DNA of 64,000 nucleotides, taken from Terriglobia bacterium (lineage in GTDB: Bacteria; Acidobacteriota; Terriglobia; Bryobacterales; Bryobacteraceae). The position numbers were made by a program, and so were the translations under genes. The stretch covers positions 57,167 to 121,166 of the forward strand of contig CAVTSS010000009.1 of NCBI GenBank assembly GCA_963737495.1. Direction: 5' to 3'. This document shows positions 18,122 through 22,285 of this stretch, piece by piece (the stretch's first letter is position 1; every line of letters starts with the position of its first letter). The notes beneath the pieces are model-generated. The model did no database searches. It was not told where the DNA came from and saw only the letters and a program-made list of their open reading frames with translations.

Positions 18122-18148
18122 GCCCCAAATCCTTTAACCATTTTCTGT

Positions 18149-18224
18149 TGCGGGCAGGTGTAACGGCTGCATTCGAGGCTCATAACCTCCGAGGTACTGA
18201 GTTCAATTCTCAGGCCCGCAACCA
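18149..18224 (+). tRNA. tRNA-Met(CAT)
   Basis: Acceptor TGCGGGC/GCCCGCA, loop CTCATAA, T arm CTGAG-TTCAATT-CTCAG, A73 plus CCA. Weak D stem, A at position 8, and a C:C mismatch in the anticodon stem. Confidence 0.75.
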
Positions 18225-18231
18225 TTTTCAA

Positions 18232-18306
18232 GCCGGAGTAGCTTAAGAGGAAAAGCCCTGGTCCTGTAAATCAGTGTTGGGATTTCGAGCATCCCCTCCG
18301 GCTCCA
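18232..18306 (+). tRNA. tRNA-Thr(TGT)
   Basis: Acceptor GCCGGAG/CTCCGGC, D stem GCTT/AAGC, anticodon stem CTGGT/ATCAG, loop CCTGTAA (C33), T arm GGGAT-TTCGAGC-ATCCC, CCA. Confidence 0.85.
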
Positions 18307-18309
18307 CAA

Positions 18310-18337
18310 GGCTGTTCGATTCAGCCACCGCGCTCCA
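18310..18337 (+). pseudogene. orphan tRNA 3' fragment (T arm + 3' acceptor strand + CCA)
   Basis: GGCTG-TTCGATT-CAGCC ACCGCGC T CCA, with no matching 5' half. It sits in the 37-nt gap between the two tRNA-Thr genes. Confidence 0.6.
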
Positions 18338-18343
18338 GATTTA

Positions 18344-18417
18344 GCCGGCGTAGCTCAGTGGCAGAGCAGTTGTTCGGTAAACAACAGACGAGCGTTCGAT
18401 TCGCTCCGTTGGCTCCA
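18344..18417 (+). tRNA. tRNA-Thr(GGT)
   Basis: Acceptor GCCGGCG/CGTTGGC (two G:U), D arm GCTC-AGTGGCA-GAGC, anticodon stem GTTGT/ACAAC, loop TCGGTAA (C33), T arm GAGCG-TTCGATT-CGCTC, CCA. Confidence 0.85.
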
Positions 18418-18425
18418 GATTTTTC

Positions 18426-18491
18426 GCGGGATTAACTGAACGGTGGCAGTCTTCCAAACTGCAAAGCCGGGTTGGACTCCCGGATCTTGCT
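18426..18491 (+). tRNA. tRNA-Gly(TCC), 66 nt with a reduced D arm
   Basis: Acceptor GCGGGAT/ATCTTGC (two G:U), 10-nt D arm ACT-GAAC-GGT without GG, anticodon stem GCAGT/ACTGC, loop CTTCCAA, T arm CCGGG-TTGGACT-CCCGG (G instead of C56). No CCA. Confidence 0.6.
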
Positions 18492-18502
18492 CTATCGTTT
18501 TT

Positions 18503-18576
18503 GCGAGTGTGGCCGATTGGTTAGGTTTCTGGTTGCCAGCCAGAACAACGCAGTTCGATTCTGCGCACTCGCTCCA
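18503..18576 (+). tRNA. tRNA-Gly(GCC)
   Basis: Acceptor GCGAGTG/CACTCGC, anticodon stem TCTGG/CCAGA, loop TTGCCAG, T arm CGCAG-TTCGATT-CTGCG, T73 plus CCA. Confidence 0.85.
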
Positions 18577-18581
18577 GGTTT

Positions 18582-18655
18582 GGGTTGGTAGCTCAACGGG
18601 AGAGCTCCGGTCCTGCAAACCAGCGATAAGGGTTCAATTCCCTTCCGATCCACCA
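18582..18655 (+). tRNA. tRNA-Ala(TGC)
   Basis: Acceptor GGGTTGG/CCGATCC with the G3:U70 Ala identity pair, D arm GCTC-AACGGGA-GAGC, loop CCTGCAA (C33), one C:A mismatch in the anticodon stem, T arm AAGGG-TTCAATT-CCCTT, CCA. Confidence 0.8.
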
Positions 18656-18658
18656 ATT

Positions 18659-18733
18659 GTGGCTGTAGCTTATACGGTAAAGCCGCTGGCTGTGAACCAG
18701 TGAAAGAGGATTCAAGCTCCTCCAGCCACCCCA
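18659..18733 (+). tRNA. tRNA-His(GTG)
   Basis: Acceptor GTGGCTG/CAGCCAC, D stem GCTT/AAGC, anticodon stem GCTGG/CCAGT, loop CTGTGAA, T arm GAGGA-TTCAAGC-TCCTC, C73 plus CCA. The base at -1 is T, so G-1 is not encoded. Confidence 0.85.
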
Positions 18734-18735
18734 TT

Positions 18736-18810
18736 GTGGGCGTCGTCCAAGGGATAGGGCATCGGTTTCCTAAACCGACGATCAGAGTTCGAGTCTCTGC
18801 GTCCATACCA
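18736..18810 (+). tRNA. tRNA-Arg(CCT)
   Basis: Acceptor GTGGGCG/CGTCCAT, D stem GTCC/GGGC, anticodon stem TCGGT/ACCGA, loop TTCCTAA, T arm CAGAG-TTCGAGT-CTCTG, CCA. Confidence 0.85.
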
Positions 18811-18813
18811 TTT

Positions 18814-18888
18814 CGGCCCGTCATCCAACGGGATAGTGTACAGCTCTCGGATAGCTGAGATCGCCGTTCGGTCGGCGCTGGCCGACCA
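18814..18888 (+). tRNA. tRNA-Pro(CGG), irregular copy
   Basis: C1:G72 acceptor CGGCCCG/CTGGCCG (one mismatch), anticodon stem CAGCT/AGCTG, loop CTCGGAT, T arm CGCCG-TTCGGT-CGGCG with only a 6-nt loop, CCA. Confidence 0.6.
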
Positions 18889-18913
18889 GTTCTTTGACAT
18901 TCGAATTCAACCT

Positions 18914-18988
18914 CGCGGATTCGCCAAGTGGTATGGCACCGGTTTCGGGAACCGGGTTTCCGGTGTTCGATTCACCCATCCGCGACCA
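18914..18988 (+). tRNA. tRNA-Pro(CGG)
   Basis: Acceptor CGCGGAT/ATCCGCG (C1:G72), D stem GCCA/TGGC, anticodon stem CCGGT/ACCGG, loop TTCGGGA (G37), T loop TTCGATT, CCA. Confidence 0.85.
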
Positions 18989-18990
18989 TA

Positions 18991-19069
18991 CGGGGAGTAT
19001 AGGAGTCTGGTTTATCTAACCTGCTTTGGAAGCAGGGGCACGTTGGTTCAAATCCAACCTCCCCGACCA
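18991..19069 (+). tRNA. tRNA-Pro(TGG)
   Basis: Acceptor CGGGGAG/CTCCCCG, anticodon stem CCTGC/GCAGG, loop TTTGGAA, T arm GTTGG-TTCAAAT-CCAAC, CCA. Confidence 0.85.
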
Positions 19070-19076
19070 TTTTCAT

Positions 19077-19150
19077 TCCTCGCTAGCTCAACGGTAGAGC
19101 GCGCGGCTGTTAACCGCGTTGTCGTGGTTCGATCCCACGGCGGGGAGCCA
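19077..19150 (+). tRNA. tRNA-Asn(GTT)
   Basis: Acceptor TCCTCGC/GCGGGGA (U1:A72), D arm GCTC-AACGGTA-GAGC, anticodon stem CGCGG/CCGCG, loop CTGTTAA, T arm CGTGG-TTCGATC-CCACG, G73 plus CCA. Confidence 0.9.
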
Positions 19151-19151
19151 T

Positions 19152-19225
19152 GCCCTGTTAGCTCAGTGGTAGAGCGCGAAGCTTACATCTTCGTAACCGG
19201 TGTTCGATTCATCGACGGGGCACCA
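19152..19225 (+). tRNA. tRNA-Val(TAC)
   Basis: Acceptor GCCCTGT/ACGGGGC, D arm GCTC-AGTGGTA-GAGC, anticodon stem CGAAG/CTTCG, loop CTTACAT, T arm CGGTG-TTCGATT-CATCG, CCA. Confidence 0.9.
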
Positions 19226-19230
19226 AGTTC

Positions 19231-19308
19231 GCAGGAAAAGCTCAGTGCGGCTTGAGCACTCGACCGATAATCGAGAGGCCGCTGGTTCGATCCCAGCTTC
19301 CTGCACCA
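19231..19308 (+). tRNA. tRNA-Ile(GAT)
   Basis: Acceptor GCAGGAA/TTCCTGC, D stem GCTC/GAGC, anticodon stem CTCGA/TCGAG, loop CCGATAA (C33), T arm GCTGG-TTCGATC-CCAGC, CCA. Confidence 0.85.
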
Positions 19309-19310
19309 AT

Positions 19311-19385
19311 GTCCCCGTGGTCTATCGGAATGGGCACCGCCCTTCTAAAGCGGCGAGGCTGGTTCAACTCCAGCCGGGGACCCCA
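19311..19385 (+). tRNA. tRNA-Arg(TCT)
   Basis: Acceptor GTCCCCG/CGGGGAC, anticodon stem CCGCC/AGCGG (one C:A mismatch), loop CTTCTAA, T arm GCTGG-TTCAACT-CCAGC, CCA. Confidence 0.8.
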
Positions 19386-19390
19386 ATCGA

Positions 19391-19462
19391 GGGGAGATGG
19401 CCGAGCGGCTAAGGCGCTGACTTTGAATCAGTCTTACGCACGTTCAGCTCGTGCTCTCCCTC
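19391..19462 (+). tRNA. tRNA-Gln(TTG)
   Basis: Acceptor GGGGAGA/TCTCCCT (G1:U72), Gln-like D arm GCCGAGCGGCTAAGGC, anticodon stem GCTGA/TCAGT, loop CTTTGAA, T arm GCACG-TTCAGCT-CGTGC. No CCA. Confidence 0.7.
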
Positions 19463-19492
19463 GCAGCGAATTGCGCTGGCGAAGTGGTTATC

Positions 19493-19567
19493 GAGACCGT
19501 GGCTTAGCGGCAGAAGCACGTGACTTTTGATCACGGGAGGCGAGTTCGCCTCTCGCCGGTCTCACCA
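19493..19567 (+). tRNA. tRNA-Lys(TTT)
   Basis: Acceptor GAGACCG/CGGTCTC, D stem GCTT/AAGC, anticodon stem CGTGA/TCACG, loop CTTTTGA (G37), T arm GCGAG-TTCGCCT-CTCGC, CCA. Confidence 0.85.
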
Positions 19568-19576
19568 AGGTTTCAC

Positions 19577-19653
19577 GAGGCAGTAGGCAAGAGGATTAAG
19601 CCGTAGCACTTTCAATGCTGAGATCGTGGGTTCGAATCCGATCTGCCTTACCA
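19577..19653 (+). tRNA. tRNA-Glu(TTC)
   Basis: Acceptor GAGGCAG/CTGCCTT, D stem GGC/GCC, anticodon stem TAGCA/TGCTG, loop CTTTCAA, T loop TTCGAAT (one stem mismatch), CCA. Confidence 0.8.
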
Positions 19654-19654
19654 T

Positions 19655-19729
19655 GTCCCCGTCGTCCAATGGACAGGACAGTTCGCTACGAACGAACAAA
19701 TCGGCGTTCAAATCGTCGCGGGGATACCA
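19655..19729 (+). tRNA. tRNA-Arg(ACG), array copy
   Basis: Acceptor GTCCCCG/CGGGGAT, D stem GTCC/GGAC, anticodon stem GTTCG/CGAAC, loop CTACGAA, T arm CGGCG-TTCAAAT-CGTCG, CCA. Confidence 0.85.
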
Positions 19730-19737
19730 GAGTTTAC

Positions 19738-19813
19738 GAAGTGGTGGCCGAGCGGCAGAGGCACTTCACTGTCTATGAAGACTAAGCGGGTTCGACTCCC
19801 GTCCACTTCGCCA
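19738..19813 (+). tRNA. tRNA-Asp(GTC)
   Basis: Acceptor GAAGTGG/CCACTTC, anticodon stem CTTCA/TGAAG, loop CTGTCTA (pyrimidine at 37), Asp-like T arm GCGGG-TTCGACT-CCCGT, G73 plus CCA. Confidence 0.8.
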
Positions 19814-19820
19814 TTAGTTT

Positions 19821-19895
19821 GTCCCTGTCTTCTAGTGGCAGGAAAGCGGACTCTCAATCCGCGAGCGAGAGTTCGATTCTCTCCCGGGGAGCCCA
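19821..19895 (+). tRNA. tRNA-Glu(CTC)
   Basis: Glu-like body GTCCCTG TC TTCT AGTGGCA GGAA, anticodon stem GCGGA/TCCGC, loop CTCTCAA, T arm GAGAG-TTCGATT-CTCTC. The 3' acceptor strand pairs imperfectly. Confidence 0.7.
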
Positions 19896-19901
19896 GTGGG
19901 G

Positions 19902-19945
19902 CTGTCGCAACTTGACAGGCTGGAACCACGGAACATGATCCAGCC
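19902..19945 (+). promoter_or_regulatory. two adjacent hairpins in the 78-nt tRNA-Glu/rtcB spacer
   Basis: CTGTC-gcaactt-GACAG (19902-19918) and GGCTGGA-accacggaacatga-TCCAGCC (19918-19945), followed by GAGGA RBS 19964-19968. Confidence 0.35.
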
Positions 19946-19973
19946 CGGTAGCCTTTAAGAATTGAGGAAAATC

Positions 19974-21155
19974 ATGCGACTTGAAGGAAAGATAGCGATT
20001 TTCGGCGAGCACGAGGACAATACCATTCAGCAGATCCGCCGCGCGGCAGCCCCGGCATTTGTGCGTCAGGCGGTCTTGTGCGCGGACGGCCACAAGGGCT
20101 ACGCCGTGCCGATCGGTGGCGTTGTCGCGTACGAAGACGCGATATCCCCGTCCGGCGTCGGCTACGATATCGCGTGCGGGAACAAGGCCATCCTGACGGA
20201 CGCCAATGCTGACGAGGTCAAGGCCAACATCTCGAAGATTATGGACGATGTTTGGCGCACGGTATCATTTGGCGTCGGGCGCAAGAATGAGGACGAGCGC
20301 GTTGACCATGATCTATTCGACGATCCGGCATGGAAGGTAGGAGCCTGCGCTCCGCTAAAGGAGATGGCGCGTCAGCAACTCGGGACCGTTGGGTCAGGCA
20401 ATCATTACGTCGATATTTTCGAAGATGAGCAGGGCCGGATTTGGGTGGGGGTCCACTTCGGCTCCCGTGGTCTCGGTCACAAAACTGCGACATGGTTCCT
20501 GAAGGCCGCAGGTGCGTCGGACGGCATGGATGTCGACCCGTGCGTCTTGCCGGTAGGATCAGACTTGGGCGCTCAATATCTCGAAGGGATGCGCCTTGGC
20601 GGATTATATGCCTACGCCGGCCGCGATTGGGTGTGCACACGCGTCGCGCGGATTCTGGGGGCGAACGTTATCGAAGAGGTTCACAATCACCACAATTTCG
20701 CGTGGCGCGAGAATCACGGTGGTCGCGATCTGTGGGTCGTCCGTAAGGGCGCGACGCCGGCATTCCCCGGCCAGCGCGGATTCGTTGGCGGGAGCATGGG
20801 CGACATGTCAGTGATCATCGAAGGCGTGGAGCACGCGGACGCGGCACATTCTCTCTATTCGACCGTGCACGGAGCCGGACGAGTAATGGGGCGCATGGAG
20901 GCTAAGGGTAAGGTTGACCGAAAGACCGGCGAAGTGAAGAGGGCTGGCAAGGTCACGCAGGAAATGATGGCTGCGTGGGTTCACCGTGAAGGCGTCGAAC
21001 TCCGTGGAGCGGGCTTGGACGAATCGCCACATTGCTACAAGCGGTTGCCTGACGTTCTCGCGCAACATGACCGGTCGATAAAGATCCTGCACACTCTGCG
21101 ACCGCTGGGTGTCGCGATGGCTTCAGCATTTGAGTTTGATCCGTTCAAAGATTGA
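19974..21155 (+). CDS. rtcB: RNA ligase RtcB (short bacterial form) embedded in the tRNA array
   Basis: 393 aa. CADGHKGYAVPIGGV, GYDIACGN, GSGNHYVD, HFGSRGLGH, HNHHN and TVHGAGR motifs are present. ATG 19974 has a GAGGA RBS (track ORF starts at TTG 19962). Confidence 0.92.
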   Translation: MRLEGKIAIFGEHEDNTIQQIRRAAAPAFVRQAVLCADGHKGYAVPIGGVVAYEDAISPSGVGYDIACGNKAILTDANADEVKANISKIMDDVWRTVSFGVGRKNEDERVDHDLFDDPAWKVGACAPLKEMARQQLGTVGSGNHYVDIFEDEQGRIWVGVHFGSRGLGHKTATWFLKAAGASDGMDVDPCVLPVGSDLGAQYLEGMRLGGLYAYAGRDWVCTRVARILGANVIEEVHNHHNFAWRENHGGRDLWVVRKGATPAFPGQRGFVGGSMGDMSVIIEGVEHADAAHSLYSTVHGAGRVMGRMEAKGKVDRKTGEVKRAGKVTQEMMAAWVHREGVELRGAGLDESPHCYKRLPDVLAQHDRSIKILHTLRPLGVAMASAFEFDPFKD

Positions 21156-21160
21156 CCTTT

Positions 21161-21236
21161 GGCTGGCAAGCTAATCAGGTGAAAGCACCAGTCTGAAAAG
21201 CCGGATAGCCTGGATCGATACCAGGGCCAGCCACCA
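21161..21236 (+). tRNA. tRNA-Phe(GAA)
   Basis: Acceptor GGCTGGC/GCCAGCC, anticodon stem CCAGT/GCCGG (one A:C mismatch), loop CTGAAAA, T arm CCTGG-ATCGATA-CCAGG (atypical loop), CCA. It starts 5 nt after the rtcB stop. Confidence 0.8.
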
Positions 21237-21243
21237 AGGTTGC

Positions 21244-21318
21244 AGGGGATTAGCAAAGTGGGAATGCATCTGGCTCTGACCCAGACATGACGAGGTTCGA
21301 TTCCTCGATCCCCTGCCA
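21244..21318 (+). tRNA. tRNA-Gln(CTG)
   Basis: Acceptor AGGGGAT/ATCCCCT (weak 1:72 pair), anticodon stem TCTGG/CCAGA, loop CTCTGAC, T arm CGAGG-TTCGATT-CCTCG, G73 plus CCA. Confidence 0.85.
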
Positions 21319-21327
21319 AACATTTTC

Positions 21328-21356
21328 TTGCGAATTCGGTATTTCACGGATATACT
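21328..21356 (+). promoter_or_regulatory. sigma70-like internal promoter candidate of the array
   Basis: TTGCGA (21328-21333), 17-nt spacer, TATACT (21351-21356), in the only long (140 nt) tRNA-free gap of the array. Confidence 0.45.
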
Positions 21357-21458
21357 GATCACATGAACCGCGCACTCAGTTTATCCCGCCTATCGCGCGC
21401 CTCCTGGTCGACATCGCGACTCAGTGGGTTGTGTTCATATTCAAGCCTCTAAAGTTCT

Positions 21459-21532
21459 CCAGTCGATCCTGAACGGCCAAGGGGCTGCCTGCAAAGCAGC
21501 TATTCGCAGTTCGACTCTGCGCGACTGGTCCA
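21459..21532 (+). tRNA. tRNA-Cys(GCA)
   Basis: Acceptor CCAGTCG/CGACTGG, anticodon stem GCTGC/GCAGC, loop CTGCAAA, T arm CGCAG-TTCGACT-CTGCG, T73 plus CCA. Confidence 0.85.
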
Positions 21533-21534
21533 AT

Positions 21535-21619
21535 GCCCCGCTGGTGGAATTGGGAGACACGCTGGTCTTAGAAACCAGTGCTTTCGGGCGTGGGGGTTCA
21601 AGTCCCTCGCGGGGCACCA
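21535..21619 (+). tRNA. tRNA-Leu(TAG), type II
   Basis: Acceptor GCCCCGC/GCGGGGC, anticodon stem CTGGT/ACCAG, loop CTTAGAA, long variable arm TGCTTTCGGGCGT, T arm GGGGG-TTCAAGT-CCCTC, A73 plus CCA. Confidence 0.9.
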
Positions 21620-21634
21620 AAGTTCTTTGACATT

Positions 21635-21723
21635 GGGAGGTGGCGCTGAATGGTCGGCGAGCGGTCCTGAAAACCGTGCCGTGGTGCTGAGCCACGAGGG
21701 TTCGATTCCTTCACCTCCCGCCA
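21635..21723 (+). tRNA. tRNA-Ser(TGA), type II
   Basis: Acceptor GGGAGGT/ACCTCCC, anticodon stem GCGGT/ACCGT, loop CCTGAAA (C33), variable arm hairpin CCGTGG-tgctga-GCCACG, T arm GAGGG-TTCGATT-CCTTC, G73 plus CCA. Confidence 0.85.
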
Positions 21724-21730
21724 GGTTTGT

Positions 21731-21806
21731 GTGGGTGAGGCTCGATTGGGAGAGCTGCGGTCTCCAAAGCCGTTATTTGAGAGTTCGAATCTCTCCACCC
21801 ATGCCA
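21731..21806 (+). tRNA. tRNA-Trp(CCA)
   Basis: Acceptor GTGGGTG/CACCCAT, D stem GCTC/GAGC, loop CTCCAAA, T arm GAGAG-TTCGAAT-CTCTC, G73 plus CCA. Confidence 0.85.
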
Positions 21807-21807
21807 C

Positions 21808-21899
21808 CGAGAGCGAGGCGGACGGTAAGCCACCTCACTGCTAATGAGGCAAGCGCCGGTTGACGGTGCGACGCGGTTCGACTCCGCGGCTCTCGGCCA
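21808..21899 (+). tRNA. tRNA-Ser(GCT), type II
   Basis: Acceptor CGAGAGC/GCTCTCG, anticodon stem CCTCA/TGAGG, loop CTGCTAA, 22-nt variable arm, T arm CGCGG-TTCGACT-CCGCG, G73 plus CCA. Confidence 0.85.
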
Positions 21900-21905
21900 G
21901 ATTAT

Positions 21906-21990
21906 GGGTATCAGGCGGACGTGGCGGGCCGCGCTGCGCTGTAAACGCAGTTCTTCGGACGACGGGGTTCGAATCCCTGGATACCCACCA
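21906..21990 (+). tRNA. tRNA-Tyr(GTA), type II
   Basis: Acceptor GGGTATC/GATACCC, anticodon stem CTGCG/CGCAG, loop CTGTAAA, variable arm TTCTTCGGACGA, T arm CGGGG-TTCGAAT-CCCTG, A73 plus CCA. Confidence 0.9.
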
Positions 21991-21998
21991 AAGTTGAC

Positions 21999-22073
21999 GC
22001 TGGTGTAGCCCAATTGGCAGGAGGCGACTCGCTTAAGACGAGTTCAGTGCGCGTTCGAATCGCGTCACCAGCA
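21999..22073 (+). tRNA. tRNA-Leu(TAA) with a short (5-nt) variable loop
   Basis: Acceptor GCTGGTG/CACCAGC, 3-bp D stem GCC/GGC with a large loop, anticodon stem ACTCG/CGAGT, loop CTTAAGA (G37), variable TCAGT, T arm GCGCG-TTCGAAT-CGCGT, A73. No CCA. Confidence 0.7.
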
Positions 22074-22077
22074 CCGC

Positions 22078-22151
22078 GGGCCGCTAGCAGAATTGGTATA
22101 TGCACTCGCCTCAAGAGCGAGAGGATCTCGGTTCGAGTCCGAGGCGGCCCA
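22078..22151 (+). tRNA. tRNA-Leu(CAA) with a short (5-nt) variable loop
   Basis: Acceptor GGGCCGC/GCGGCCC, anticodon stem CTCGC/GCGAG, loop CTCAAGA (G37), variable AGGAT, T arm CTCGG-TTCGAGT-CCGAG, A73. No CCA. Confidence 0.75.
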
Positions 22152-22285
22152 TCACCCGATTTGAGCGAGCATCATTTCATCGCCGCCAATCGCGAAACGA
22201 ACTGCGGGGCTGGAAGCTCACTGGCAGATCAGCACACGGCGCGGTGGCCACGCCGAAGCCACACGGTCTTGCCCGGCTGTTAACG

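Noticed and set aside
18889-18902. TTGACA hexamers in two array spacers that share AGTTCTTTGACATT (18889-18902 and 21620-21633), considered as internal promoters.
   Set aside because: No acceptable -10 element follows at 16-18 nt, and that position falls inside the next tRNA. The shared 14-mer more likely reflects duplication history of the spacers.
19391-19462. A type-II (Ser/Leu-like) tRNA carrying a Gln anticodon, suggested by the D arm GCCGAGCGGCTAAGGC.
   Set aside because: The variable loop is only 5 nt, and bacterial tRNA-Gln has the same style of D arm (GCCAAGCGGTAAGGC). It is an ordinary type-I tRNA-Gln(TTG).
21242-21318. A 9-bp acceptor helix GCAGGGGAT/ATCCCCTGC, suggesting a selenocysteine-like tRNA.
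   Set aside because: The anticodon is CTG. The T arm, G73 and CCA align exactly with a standard tRNA-Gln when the acceptor is read as AGGGGAT/ATCCCCT. The two extra pairs come from flanking sequence.
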